The notes below the pieces were generated by a model. It saw only the letters and a list, made by a program, of their open reading frames with translations. It was not told the origin of the DNA and made no database searches. DNA of 64,000 nt, taken from positions 9,514-73,513 of the forward strand of contig JAEZSC010000031.1 in the NCBI GenBank assembly GCA_023422005.1, given 5' to 3'. This document shows, piece by piece, positions 49,165-59,677 of the stretch. Origin of the DNA: Bacillota bacterium. GTDB lineage: Bacteria; Bacillota; Clostridia; Christensenellales; UMGS416. Numbering within the stretch: position 1 is the first letter of the stretch; the number at the start of each line of letters is the position of its first letter. The position numbers were made by a program, and so were the translations under genes.

Positions 49165-51126
49165 TCAGACCGTCTTTACAAACTTATCCTCTTTGTTGAA
49201 GTACGCGTGCTCGATGATGTAATCCCTTCTGGGCTCCACCTTGTCACCCATCAGGATCGTGATCATACGGTCGGCGTCGGCTGCGTCCTCCACGTTCACG
49301 CGCACCAGCTTGCGGTTGCCAGGGTTCATCGTGGTCTCCCAAAGCTGCTCGGGGTTCATCTCACCCAGACCTTTGTAGCGCTGCAGCTCATAGCCGCGGC
49401 CGATGTCCGCGGTCACGCGTTCCAACTCCCGGTCGTCATAACAGTAGATCGTGTTGCTGCCGCGCTTGACACGGTACAGCGGCGGCTGGCCGATGAACAG
49501 GTGCCCGTCGGTGATCAGCTCCTTCATATACCGGAAGAAGAACGTCAGCAGGATCGCGCGGATATGGGCGCCGTCCTGGTCTGCATCGGAGAGGATGATG
49601 ACCTTGTGGTAACGCAGGTTGGTTACGTCGAAGTCCTCATCGATGCCGGTGCCCAGCGCAGTGATGATGGAGCGATACTCCTCGTTGGCCAACACCGCGT
49701 CCAGGCGCTTGCGCTCGCAGTTGAGCGGCTTGCCCCGCAGCGGCAGTATGGCCTGAAAGCGCCGGTCGCGGCCCTGTTTGGCCGAGCCGCCGGCAGAATC
49801 ACCCTCTACGAGGAACAGCTCATTCTCCTCGGGCTTGCGGCCGGTACAGGAGCTCAGCTTGCCCACCAGTGGCGCGCCCTCAAGCGAGTTCTTCTTGCGG
49901 GCAAGGTCTTTGGCCTTGCGAGCGGCCTCACGCACGTGGGCAGCGTGCAGCGCCTTTTCCACGACTTTCTGGGCGGTATCGGCGTTTTTCAGATCATTCA
50001 GATAAATCGGCAGCTTTTCGCTTACCATGCTTTCCACAGCCTGTCGGGCCTCGGTGTTACCGAGCTTTGTCTTGGTCTGGCCCTCAAACTGCACGTTGCG
50101 CATCTTCATGGCCAGAACGGCGGTCAGCCCTTCACGGAAGTCCTCGCCACTCAGGGCCGCATCCTTCTCTTTGATCAGGTTGTTGCGCCGGATATAATCG
50201 TTCATGACCTTGGTGAGCGCCGCGCGAAAGCCTGTTTCGTGCATGCCGCCCTCGGTCGTGGGGATGTTGTTGACATAGGAAAATACGCTCTCGGTGTAGC
50301 TGTCGGTATATTGCATGGAGAGCAGAATCTCCATGTCGCCCACACGGCCCTCCAGCAGGATGGGCGGCTCGTGCAACGGCGTCTTCTCGGTGTTCAGGTA
50401 TTTCACAAAGTCGCTAACGCCGCCCTCGTAGTGGTAACTCTTGCGGTAGGGCTCTGCCTCCCCCGCTTCCAGGCGCTCGTCAGTAAAGACCATCTTCATG
50501 CCGCGGTTCAGAAAGGCCAGCTCCCGCAGCGTGCGCTCCACCTGTTCGCGGGAAAAGCGCGTAGTCTCAAACACTGCAGGATCGGGCTTGAAGGTCACGC
50601 GGGTGCCCTTCTCGAAGGTCTTGCCCAGCTCCTGCAGCGGCCCCTTGGGCTTGCCGGGCTCCACCTTCTTCTTGCCGGTGGAATAGGCGCTCTCAAATTC
50701 CATGCAGTAAATCTTGCCGTCTTTATGAATTTCCACCTTGAGCCACTGGGAAAGCGCGTTGACAACCGAGGCGCCTACGCCGTGCAGGCCGCCGGAATAG
50801 GTGTAGGCGGAGCCCTCGAACTTGCCGCCTGCATGCAGATGCGTGTAGACGACCTGCACGCCGGACACCTTGAGCTTTGGGTGGATGTCCACGGGGATGC
50901 CGCGGCCATTGTCCGTGACGGTAGCGCTGCCATCGGTGTGCAGCGTCACAGTGACCTCATCGGCATAGCCGCCAAGCACCTCGTCCACGGCGTTGTCCAC
51001 AATCTCGCGAAGCATGTGGTGCAGCCCTCGGGAGCCCGTGGAGCCGATGTACATGCCCGGGCGCATGCGCACGGCATCCAACCCCTCGAGCACTTTAATT
51101 TCGCTGGCATCATAGCGTTCGGACAT
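49165..51126 (-). CDS. parE: Type IIA topoisomerase subunit B, ParE-like
   Basis: GHKL ATPase (LEGLDAVRMRPGMYIG, HHMLREIVDNAVDE), Toprim (LFLVEGDSAGG) and PLRGK. ATG at 51126 follows GGAGG at 7-nt spacing. Confidence 0.75.
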   Translation of the reverse strand: MSERYDASEIKVLEGLDAVRMRPGMYIGSTGSRGLHHMLREIVDNAVDEVLGGYADEVTVTLHTDGSATVTDNGRGIPVDIHPKLKVSGVQVVYTHLHAGGKFEGSAYTYSGGLHGVGASVVNALSQWLKVEIHKDGKIYCMEFESAYSTGKKKVEPGKPKGPLQELGKTFEKGTRVTFKPDPAVFETTRFSREQVERTLRELAFLNRGMKMVFTDERLEAGEAEPYRKSYHYEGGVSDFVKYLNTEKTPLHEPPILLEGRVGDMEILLSMQYTDSYTESVFSYVNNIPTTEGGMHETGFRAALTKVMNDYIRRNNLIKEKDAALSGEDFREGLTAVLAMKMRNVQFEGQTKTKLGNTEARQAVESMVSEKLPIYLNDLKNADTAQKVVEKALHAAHVREAARKAKDLARKKNSLEGAPLVGKLSSCTGRKPEENELFLVEGDSAGGSAKQGRDRRFQAILPLRGKPLNCERKRLDAVLANEEYRSIITALGTGIDEDFDVTNLRYHKVIILSDADQDGAHIRAILLTFFFRYMKELITDGHLFIGQPPLYRVKRGSNTIYCYDDRELERVTADIGRGYELQRYKGLGEMNPEQLWETTMNPGNRKLVRVNVEDAADADRMITILMGDKVEPRRDYIIEHAYFNKEDKFVKTV

Positions 51127-51270
51127 CCGGGAACCTCCAGTTCTTGGGACCATATCCACATCTTGTATCTGACGTCATAGCATACCACAATTTGCCCCGG
51201 TGTGCAAACGCAAGGCACCCGCAGGCAACACAAGTATGCCCGCGGGTGCGCATGGTCTATGATGACCCGG

Positions 51271-52881
51271 CTATTGTTTGCCGTGCGCCATTTTGTCTAT
51301 TAACGCACGCGCATGCTCGACCAGCCCTTTGTTGTTGAGCTTTGTAACCCTGTCCAGGCTGGAAGAGAGTACGACCTCGTTGAAGCTCTGAGGATCGCCC
51401 TGAATCAGTTGGTCAAGCATCTGCATGCGCTGGCGGCTGAGCACCTCCATCTCTTCACTCATGCGAAACAATGCATCCGATGCTGTCTTATTATTCACGC
51501 CTAAATTGGTGCTAAACGGGAAGCGGAGGTTCTGCTTCATCACATCATCCACAAGCTTCGGCACATTGTCCGGCGCCGAGGACGGCAGGCGGAAGAAGTC
51601 GAAGTTGAAGAGAATGTCCGCCCCCGGCCATGAGAAAAACAGACCATCCGTCAGATCAAAATCCTTACCCTGTGGAGCTTGCCCATCCTTGAGCGGGCTG
51701 TATCTGCCATCCACATCCACAAAGTCAGTGCCCTTTTCCCCATAGATGACCGAGTCGTAATTGTCCTGTGCACCATACATCCACTCGACAAAGCGCAACA
51801 CCGACGCTACCTGGTCCTGCGGGCATGTTCCGGGCACCGCGATCTCGTAGGAATAGAAGGGCTGTAAATAATAAGCGGGCATTTCCGGTGAGAACGGCTG
51901 CGCGATAAACTTTCCCGGCGCGAACGGAACGCTCACATAGACACTGGATTGATAAAAATCGCTGGGGGCAAAGACATAGGCTATACATTCTCGGCCATCA
52001 TTGTCGTCGAACGTATAGCCGATCGAGCCATTCTGCCAGTGCTGCTTCATCATGGTAAGGAACTCGGCGAACCCTGGTATACTCTCCAGAGGCACGGGCG
52101 TAAAATCGGCGTCATTGACGTTGCAGAGCAGATAGCCACCGACCCCGAATTTGCTCAGATCATAGTATCCCTGTTCCAGCGCCCACTGGAGGACGAGGCT
52201 ATTTTCGTAGGCCTGTACGACCTGCTGATTCCCAGGCAACACGATCGTCTCGTCGATGAAGCGGAACAGGCTGTCAATTGTGCGAATGCCTTTGCCCGAC
52301 TCGGCGTAGTCCTCACGCAGCATCAGCGCCAACTGATATGGCAGGGGATGGCTGCGAATGCCCACCGGAATGCCGCTCAGCTTCACCGGGAGCAGCGATG
52401 CGTATTTGGCTGCATAAGCCGGTGCATACTGGGTGGCCCAATCGGTAAGATCGGTCGTGTATCCTTCATTAAAAAGCGTGAGGCTGTCGGCAAAGAAGAG
52501 AGTGTAGGCGTCGGCGGATGGAGTCCCCGCGGTGAGCTCCTCCTTTACCTGTTTTAGAAAATTGGCGTTGCCCATATTGTTGGGTGCCGTCTGCACAACC
52601 AGCTCCACATCCTGCCCGGCCTTTGCAAGGGCGGCGTTGACTCTCTTTTCTATTGCGTCAAAATATCCCTCACCCCATATTGTGGGAACAGCAATTCTAG
52701 CCTTGCGCACCTGGCTTGCTGGGGCGGGTTCCACAACAGCCGCTGGAGCAGACTCCACCGCGACCACCGTGACCTGGGGCGTGAGCGTGGGCGTCCCCTT
52801 TGCTGGCGCGCAGCCCGAAAAGAACAGCATAGACGCTATCGCTATGATTGCAGCGGATGCTTTGGCAATGTCTCTGCTCAT
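51271..52881 (-). CDS. Large extracellular solute-binding-type lipoprotein (orphan)
   Basis: Lipobox FFSGC; ~535 aa, like family-1 large sugar-binding lipoproteins. No adjacent permeases. Confidence 0.45.
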   Translation of the reverse strand: MSRDIAKASAAIIAIASMLFFSGCAPAKGTPTLTPQVTVVAVESAPAAVVEPAPASQVRKARIAVPTIWGEGYFDAIEKRVNAALAKAGQDVELVVQTAPNNMGNANFLKQVKEELTAGTPSADAYTLFFADSLTLFNEGYTTDLTDWATQYAPAYAAKYASLLPVKLSGIPVGIRSHPLPYQLALMLREDYAESGKGIRTIDSLFRFIDETIVLPGNQQVVQAYENSLVLQWALEQGYYDLSKFGVGGYLLCNVNDADFTPVPLESIPGFAEFLTMMKQHWQNGSIGYTFDDNDGRECIAYVFAPSDFYQSSVYVSVPFAPGKFIAQPFSPEMPAYYLQPFYSYEIAVPGTCPQDQVASVLRFVEWMYGAQDNYDSVIYGEKGTDFVDVDGRYSPLKDGQAPQGKDFDLTDGLFFSWPGADILFNFDFFRLPSSAPDNVPKLVDDVMKQNLRFPFSTNLGVNNKTASDALFRMSEEMEVLSRQRMQMLDQLIQGDPQSFNEVVLSSSLDRVTKLNNKGLVEHARALIDKMAHGKQ

Positions 52882-53142
52882 GGCCCATCTCCTGTCACAC
52901 ATCTTCGCCGATACATGGCGTTTACCGGGATTGCATATGCGCAAAAGCATTGTATAGCCGCATGATTATTCGTTCAACAGATCCAAACCAAGTGCGTAAT
53001 TCCATGGCATATTTCGTTGTTTTGTTGGTGGACATCCCAAACCGACCGTCAAGCAGGATACTTTCGTTATAACGATGGATTCCCTTGCGGGCGCTTATGG
53101 GTTGCGCCTAATATGAAAGCAAGATAAAACAGGAGGAACCAC

Positions 53143-53925
53143 ATGAATTGGGAAGAACGGCTGCACCTCTGGAACGCAGATCTCTATGACCAGGAGGAAA
53201 CCCAGACCGACGACGTGGACCTGCTGCGCCGCTGGGTTGGAGCGCCCAGCCAGCGCATACTGGAGGTGGCCTGCGGCTCCGGGCGCATCCTGCTTCCGCT
53301 GGTTCGAGACGGCCACCGGATGACCGGCATCGATTGTGATCCCCTGATGGTCGCCCACCTGTTCGCCAAGGCCGGCGACACCATCGGTTTCACCGTGACG
53401 CTGGACGACGCCACGGCCTGCGACTGGGGCCAGGGCTATGACGCAGTGATTCTGGGCGGCAACATCCTGATGAACATCATGTCCGACGGCGATCAGATGG
53501 AAGCCCAGCGGTTGTTCCTGCTTAAGGCCTTCGGAGCGTTGCGGCCCGGCGGGCACCTCTTTCTGGATGGCGACGCCCGCCTGCGGCCTGACAGGGCGCA
53601 TTCCGACACCGGTGAGCGCGTGATTTTCCAGGGTACCGACAGCCGCGGTTTTTCGGGCAAGTTCTCGCTGACCGGTGAAGCCTATGACCCGGATGGCCAG
53701 ATACTCTCGGGCACCCGTCGCTGGGCATTGACCGCGCCGGATGGTGAGCGTTGGGAGAAGGCACAACCTTTCCGCAAGGTATGGGCCACCGTGCCAGACA
53801 TAGACGGCTGGCTGGCCGAGGCAGGCTTTGCCGTGGAGCGCCGCTGGGCCGGATATGAGGGCAGGCCCATCGATGAGGGCACCTGGCGGGCTACATATTG
53901 GGCCAAAAAGCCGCAGAGCACCTGA
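53143..53925 (+). CDS. Class I SAM-dependent methyltransferase
   Basis: Motif I ILEVACGSGRIL and an acidic loop GIDCD. AGGAGG RBS. Confidence 0.8.
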   Translation: MNWEERLHLWNADLYDQEETQTDDVDLLRRWVGAPSQRILEVACGSGRILLPLVRDGHRMTGIDCDPLMVAHLFAKAGDTIGFTVTLDDATACDWGQGYDAVILGGNILMNIMSDGDQMEAQRLFLLKAFGALRPGGHLFLDGDARLRPDRAHSDTGERVIFQGTDSRGFSGKFSLTGEAYDPDGQILSGTRRWALTAPDGERWEKAQPFRKVWATVPDIDGWLAEAGFAVERRWAGYEGRPIDEGTWRATYWAKKPQST

Positions 53926-54240
53926 TCCGCTCATCAAGCCTATTCCGCGGTGGTAATCAACGAGGGTTTTTGAGCTTATTTAGGAAAACATCATGCAAAG
54001 ATGGGTGCATCCTTGCATGATTGTCCTATTGCTTCAACAGATAATAGTACACATACTTTTGCTAATCAAACAAACTTTACGTGATGTGTTATATCTACTC
54101 AACTGTCTCCGTTATAGCAACTCTCTCCCGAACGCACGCCTTCTCATTATTCGTCCCTTAATAACTGCTGTAATTCCTGTAATGCAGCCTAACAAGCCGC
54201 TTGTCCGGGGGCTTTTACCCTTGAATAGACAGGCGCACAA

Positions 54241-54280
54241 TAGTATAATCATTCATGTTAATAGTATATTCATTCACGTT
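54241..54280 (+). promoter_or_regulatory. Two tandem 21-bp direct repeats upstream of the dltA-like gene
   Basis: TAGTATAATCATTCATGTT (54241) and TAGTATATTCATTCACGTT (54262), period 21 bp. The first contains TATAAT. Confidence 0.4.
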
Positions 54281-54300
54281 CATAGGGAGAGGAAAGTTAT

Positions 54301-55809
54301 ATGCAAACCAACGTTTTGGAGTATCTTGAGCGTACATGGGCGCAGGATCCAGAAAAGGTTGTTTTCTCGGATGAGCGGGAGTCCATCACCTTCTCTGCGC
54401 TGCACGAGCGTGCCTTGGCGTTGTGCGCGGGCATCACTCCCTATTTTCAGCAGGGCGAGCCTGTCATCGTCATTATGGAGAAATCCATTCACACCATACT
54501 CAGCTATCTGGCGGTGCTGTATGGCGGCGGGTACTATGTCCCCATCGACGCGGAACTACCTGCCCACCGTATCGAAAGCATCTTCGCGCTGGTAGACGCA
54601 TCACTGGTGCTCACTGACCGAGCCACCGAGGCGACTGTCAGTGCCCTGCACTACGCGGGCAAGACGATAGTGGTTGACGCACCCGAGGCTTTGCCCAGAT
54701 TGGGTGCGACGGATCGCTGGCGATCCTGCTGTGACACAGATGCGATGTATGTCATCTTTACCTCCGGCTCCACCGGTGTACCCAAGGGCGTAGTCACATC
54801 CCACCGCGCCGTGATCGATTACATCGATGCCTTTACGGAAGTAACCAAGATTACACCCGCTGATGTGTTTGGTAACCAAGCACCTCTAGATTACGTCGCC
54901 GCCATCCGCGACCTGTATTTGCCAATGAAAACCGGCGCTTCTACCGTACTTATCCCAAAAAAGCTATTTTCTCTCCCTGCGCGGCTGTTCGATTATCTGG
55001 ACGAGAAGGCTGTCACCACCATCTGCTGGGTGGTATCGGCCCTGTGCATCCCGGCTAAGCTGAACGCCTTCGATTATAAAGTACCTCGGACCATTCAAAA
55101 GGTTATTTTTACCGGGGCTGTGATGCCCACCAAATACTTGGCGCTCTGGCAACGCTATCTACCCAATGCGATGTACGTGAACCATTACGGGCCCACGGAG
55201 ATCACCGCCAGCTGCACATACCATATCTTCGACCACATCGTGACGGAAACGGAGAAACTCCCCATCGGCAAGCCGTACCGCAACACCGCCATTCTGTTGC
55301 TGGACGAAAACGATCGCCTCATCAGTGCGCCGGATATCAAGGGGGAGATCTGCGTGCGCGGTACATGCCTGGCATCGGGGTATTTTAAGGACCCTGACAG
55401 ATCTGCGGCATCGTTTGTGCAAAACCCCGCCAACGCGCTGTATACCGACCCCATCTACCGTACCGGCGACCTGGGCTCGTATGATGAGCAGGGTGTGCTC
55501 TGGTTCCACGGGCGCACCGATAACCAGATCAAGCACATGGGCCACCGCATCGAGATGAGCGAGGTCGAACACGCTGCGAAGACCATGCCACTGGTGGAGG
55601 AATGCTGCTGCCTGTACCAAACCGAAAAGGAACTTCTGTATCTTTTCTATGAGGGCATTACGGTATCTCCGGCAGAACTGTCGGCCTATCTGCGTACGCT
55701 ACTGCCGACCTTTATGATCCCACGCCGATTGATTCCTATGGAGAGGCTGCCCCTACGGTTCAACGGCAAAATCGATGTGCAGGCGCTCAAGGCGCAAATG
55801 GGAGCGTAG
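54301..55809 (+). CDS. Adenylation enzyme, DltA-like (carrier-protein ligase)
   Basis: AMP-binding core motifs YVIFTSGSTGVPKG, YGPTE and YRTGD, with K near the C-terminus; ~500 aa like D-alanine--D-alanyl carrier protein ligase. Confidence 0.8.
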   Translation: MQTNVLEYLERTWAQDPEKVVFSDERESITFSALHERALALCAGITPYFQQGEPVIVIMEKSIHTILSYLAVLYGGGYYVPIDAELPAHRIESIFALVDASLVLTDRATEATVSALHYAGKTIVVDAPEALPRLGATDRWRSCCDTDAMYVIFTSGSTGVPKGVVTSHRAVIDYIDAFTEVTKITPADVFGNQAPLDYVAAIRDLYLPMKTGASTVLIPKKLFSLPARLFDYLDEKAVTTICWVVSALCIPAKLNAFDYKVPRTIQKVIFTGAVMPTKYLALWQRYLPNAMYVNHYGPTEITASCTYHIFDHIVTETEKLPIGKPYRNTAILLLDENDRLISAPDIKGEICVRGTCLASGYFKDPDRSAASFVQNPANALYTDPIYRTGDLGSYDEQGVLWFHGRTDNQIKHMGHRIEMSEVEHAAKTMPLVEECCCLYQTEKELLYLFYEGITVSPAELSAYLRTLLPTFMIPRRLIPMERLPLRFNGKIDVQALKAQMGA

Positions 55810-55888
55810 CACTCCGGTGGTGCTTGCCTACGCACACCTGAAGTGCCCCAATCCCAGTCTCCCGGAACGTGGAATGAGGGCTTATATC

Positions 55889-56734
55889 ATGAATACAGTG
55901 ACATCCATAACACAATTTGCCGACTTGATAAGCGCGTTTACGGCGAGTCATACCCCGGTTCAAACGAACTGTTTTTTATGGCCGGAAGAACTGCGTACCC
56001 TAATCGAAGGCGGTGGGGTGCGCTATTTACAGTGCGTCGATGACTTGCTTTTTGGGGTTGCCGAGCAGGGATACAGCCGTTTGTTCTACTACACGGCAAC
56101 CCTCGCGCCGGTTGACCCGGCCAGGCTTGTGGCCCTGTCACCAGACCGTCAGCCTATCATTCTCGACTTGATCACTCGGAGCAGTGCGGCGGCCAGCGCA
56201 CCGCCGATCCAGGACAAATGGCTGTCCAGCGGGTTTCACGTGTATGGCCGCTTTCAGCGCATGCGGCGTACGGCCCGCGAGAATCTATCCGCTGAGCACC
56301 TGGCTGCGTTGGACGGGGATTATCGCATTGAGCGGCACGACATGAACCGGTTGCCGTTCATCCAGGCGCTCTGGGCCCAATGTCTGGATCCGTACAGCAC
56401 GCCGCTGCCCACCGCGGACGCGCTTTCAGCCCCGTTGGCCGAAGGCCACATCACCTACCTGCTCACCGCTGATGATATCCTTTGCGCGGCCATGATGGCC
56501 CGTCCGCATGGGAAAAAGGTGACCATACAGCATGTGAGCGTGCATCCCGATTACCGTCGGCGTGGGTTAGCCCGCCGGTTGCTGACCGCATCGATGCAGG
56601 CGGACCAGGCCGAAAATACAACCGAATGGATGCTGTGGGTGGATGAAAAAAACCATCCGGCGATCCAGCTGTATCACAGCCTGGGATTCGTGCCGGATGG
56701 CATGATCTCGGTACAATTGATGCTTCAACCCTAA
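55889..56734 (+). CDS. GNAT-family acetyltransferase (C-terminal GNAT fold)
   Basis: VSVHPDYRRRGLARRLL acetyl-CoA motif. ATG at 55889 lies 7 nt after GAGGG. Confidence 0.65.
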   Translation: MNTVTSITQFADLISAFTASHTPVQTNCFLWPEELRTLIEGGGVRYLQCVDDLLFGVAEQGYSRLFYYTATLAPVDPARLVALSPDRQPIILDLITRSSAAASAPPIQDKWLSSGFHVYGRFQRMRRTARENLSAEHLAALDGDYRIERHDMNRLPFIQALWAQCLDPYSTPLPTADALSAPLAEGHITYLLTADDILCAAMMARPHGKKVTIQHVSVHPDYRRRGLARRLLTASMQADQAENTTEWMLWVDEKNHPAIQLYHSLGFVPDGMISVQLMLQP

Positions 56735-58071
56735 TGGGTTGCGGTTAGGTCCACAACTTTACGCAAGCGCTGCTCCGCATTGCCGCCGGAGCCTGCCTGC
56801 CGCGCTTCTACGACCAGCCAGCATTTTTTATTGGGTAGCTTGCTCAGATCTACTAAATTCTTGGTGCTCCAATCTTGCACCAGGCGATAGCCACCGTGCT
56901 TTTGGTCGGATACTAAAAACCGGAATTCAACCTCTTTTTCCATACCCATAGCGGCATAGGCTTTGAGGGTTTCTTTTTTACTTAACGTGGTGGTGTACAC
57001 CCCGGCAATCCGACGATTTTGGCTGAGGAAGGTGTTGTAATCGTTATAAAGGTATTGGTTTACATCCAGCGTACCATCGACATGCTCCTTAAGCATCTGC
57101 CCCACTAACCGTGAAAGCGGCAACGCCAGGCGGTAGTTGGGATGGTAGGCATCCATAAACATCGTATCCTCAATGGTCAACACATCGGGCCGCAGGTAAA
57201 CAAAGTCCCAAAAGGGTATCTGATTTGCATCGGCTAGCGCCTGCACGTAGTTGTGAAACTCATCGTAGTTCCCGGTGGCCAAAATGTTTGCCGCGACCCT
57301 CGGCCGGGCTAAAAAGATGAGGTCGATGTCCTTCTCTTTGCACAGGTCGATGATCTTTTGCAGATACTCAGTATTTTCCGGGACAAACTTTTGGGGGTTG
57401 AAGGCGGCATAGTAACCGACGCTGATTTCGTCAGGAATCTGTTCATTGGCGGAAAAGCTGTACCCCTTGCCCAGATAGGGGTAAACTTCGGCGGGGTAAT
57501 CCTCAGGGTTGACCACCCGGGGGGTCAGATTGTCCCGGATGGTGGAAAGACGCAACAACGAACGCGCTCGGTAACATCTCAGCAGCGCGTCGGGATATTT
57601 CTCCATAGTGAAGCCGTCGGACATGAACGCCAGCTTATCCAGCGAGAATCTCATATTTTCAATGGCCAAAAATTGGTAAGCGTGATCCGTCATGTCGTCT
57701 TGGAACCGCGAAATGTTCATATGCAGCACAACGTGTTTTACGGGGTTGCTCTTTAGGGCTTCTTTGAGTAGGTAGTAGGAAGCCATGAAGGATTGCGCGG
57801 GCGTAGCCAGGTTATAGGAGCGCAGCCCGGCAACCTCGTCGATCACCGGCGGCATATTGGAACGGTATGTGGAGGAAGTGCCCAGAAAGACGACCTCCAG
57901 ATCGTTGTGCTCATATAATTGCGATATTGTTTGCCAGGCGTCAGGGTCGCGTGGGGAGACAAGATAATTCAAAAAACCCACCAAAAAGATGGATAGCGCG
58001 AGGAAAACAAAGATCTTTGCCAGCCTTTTAAGGAGGTTAGAATTGCGCATAAATGAAACCACTTGGAACAT
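56731..58071 (-). CDS. DltD-like SGNH-fold accessory protein, membrane anchored
   Basis: N-terminal TM, FLGTSS catalytic-Ser-like block and a distal DAYH Asp/His block. Follows the MBOAT gene, as dltD follows dltB. Confidence 0.55.
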   Translation of the reverse strand: MFQVVSFMRNSNLLKRLAKIFVFLALSIFLVGFLNYLVSPRDPDAWQTISQLYEHNDLEVVFLGTSSTYRSNMPPVIDEVAGLRSYNLATPAQSFMASYYLLKEALKSNPVKHVVLHMNISRFQDDMTDHAYQFLAIENMRFSLDKLAFMSDGFTMEKYPDALLRCYRARSLLRLSTIRDNLTPRVVNPEDYPAEVYPYLGKGYSFSANEQIPDEISVGYYAAFNPQKFVPENTEYLQKIIDLCKEKDIDLIFLARPRVAANILATGNYDEFHNYVQALADANQIPFWDFVYLRPDVLTIEDTMFMDAYHPNYRLALPLSRLVGQMLKEHVDGTLDVNQYLYNDYNTFLSQNRRIAGVYTTTLSKKETLKAYAAMGMEKEVEFRFLVSDQKHGGYRLVQDWSTKNLVDLSKLPNKKCWLVVEARQAGSGGNAEQRLRKVVDLTATH

Positions 58072-59635
58072 TCCCTCCTGTCGGTATCAGCATGAGCAGG
58101 GCAAAGATCATCAGCAAGTATAGCGCAAAGCGACCTGCCAAAGGCGCGCGCTCGATTGTGGCGCGTATCTGTACGCCCTTCTCGTGCAGATGGTCAATGA
58201 AAAACACGACGGCCAATACTAAAGCCACCACGCCCAGGTCAAAGCCGCTTACACCAAGCCCTTCGAGCACACCGCCAAGTGTACCGTTGAACAAGTCGGC
58301 AGGCGCAAAAGAGAACATCATCTTGTAGATGGTTACCAACGCGGCGCGCCCGCCTTGGGAACATACGATGCTGCGCCCAACGCTAAGCAGCACCAGTGTG
58401 CGCAGGATGCGAAACGCCCGCCAACCCCAATCACTCTGCTTGATATGCAGTGCCGCCAACCCCTTGTTAAACACGGGCTCCAGCAGGATGGCCAGCATAA
58501 TCAATCCGCCGTTCCAGAAGCCGTAGAGGATGTACTTGGCCTCCGCACCGTGCCAGATTCCCACTATTGTAAATACGATAAAGCTGATGATACCGCTGAC
58601 GATGATCTTGCTCCAGCGTGCGCCCCAGCGCTTACGCACCGCTTTGGCCAAGCGGCCAAACGCACGCGAAAGGGAAAGTGGGTAGAACAGATAATCCCTC
58701 ATCCACGCACCCAACGTGATGTGCCAACGCCTCCAGAAGTCGGCGATGGAGTTGGCGTTGTAGGGCTGCTGGAAGTTCTGTGTCATGCGGATACCCAGGA
58801 CTTGCGCTACGCCGTAGGCAATATCCATGCCCGCGGAAAAATCACAATACACCTGCAGCCCGTATACAAACGCGGCTAACAGCAACATACTGCCGTTGTG
58901 CTCCGTATAGGAGTTGAATACGGGCGAGACAAACACAGCCAACCTGTCCGCCACGATCAGTTTCTTAATAAAGCCCCATCCGATGAGCAATATCCCGTTT
59001 TTAGCGCGCTGGAAGTCAAATGCATGCGGCGCGTACAACTGGTGCGCCAGATCGTCATAACGTGAGATGGGCCCCTGCATGATCTGCGGAAAGAAAGATA
59101 TAAACAGGGCAAATTTGGCCAGGTTGCGCTCCGGTTCATACTTACCACGGTAGATGTCGATCAGATAGCCGGTCGCCTGAAAGGTGTAAAACGAAATGCC
59201 TAGCGGCAGCATGACTGACGCAAACACAGGCAGCTGCCCGGCCATGTCCGGCAATGCCAGCCGCAGGGTGGCGGAGATCATCACGCCGTATTTTAGCACC
59301 GCCAGTATACCAAAGTTGATGAGAAGCACCGCCGCCAGAACAAGCTTTTTACGCAATATAAGGCTGCGCTTCAGCTTGGCCTTCACGGGAGCGTCCAGCG
59401 CGGCGCTGCCCTGCGCAGTTTTGATATCGTCGTTGTAGCGCCACAGGCTTAGCCCACCGAGAAACACCGAAACCGTCGTAATGAGCAGATAGACCAGCAC
59501 ACCCTTGGAAACCAGATAATAAAAACAATAGCTGCCTACCAGCAGCGTAAGGTAGCGAAACCGTTTGGGGGTTATAAAATACAGGCAAAAAAACACGACG
59601 ATAAAGCCCAAAAAGCTTATCGAGGTAAAGCTCAT
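58037..59635 (-). CDS. MBOAT-family membrane O-acyltransferase (DltB/AlgI-like)
   Basis: Polytopic protein with the conserved WRRWHITL His region typical of DltB/AlgI. Confidence 0.88.
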   Translation of the reverse strand: MSFTSISFLGFIVVFFCLYFITPKRFRYLTLLVGSYCFYYLVSKGVLVYLLITTVSVFLGGLSLWRYNDDIKTAQGSAALDAPVKAKLKRSLILRKKLVLAAVLLINFGILAVLKYGVMISATLRLALPDMAGQLPVFASVMLPLGISFYTFQATGYLIDIYRGKYEPERNLAKFALFISFFPQIMQGPISRYDDLAHQLYAPHAFDFQRAKNGILLIGWGFIKKLIVADRLAVFVSPVFNSYTEHNGSMLLLAAFVYGLQVYCDFSAGMDIAYGVAQVLGIRMTQNFQQPYNANSIADFWRRWHITLGAWMRDYLFYPLSLSRAFGRLAKAVRKRWGARWSKIIVSGIISFIVFTIVGIWHGAEAKYILYGFWNGGLIMLAILLEPVFNKGLAALHIKQSDWGWRAFRILRTLVLLSVGRSIVCSQGGRAALVTIYKMMFSFAPADLFNGTLGGVLEGLGVSGFDLGVVALVLAVVFFIDHLHEKGVQIRATIERAPLAGRFALYLLMIFALLMLIPTGGNVPSGFIYAQF

Positions 59636-59677
59636 AAATGTTACTCCTGCTTATGTAAGGTGTACGCCTCCCCTATG

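Noticed and set aside
53993-54595. 200-aa ORF covering the AT-rich spacer and the start of the dltA-like gene.
   Set aside because: It overlaps a well-supported adenylation-enzyme gene in another frame, has no RBS, and its hydrophobic, low-complexity translation is typical of AT-rich non-coding DNA.
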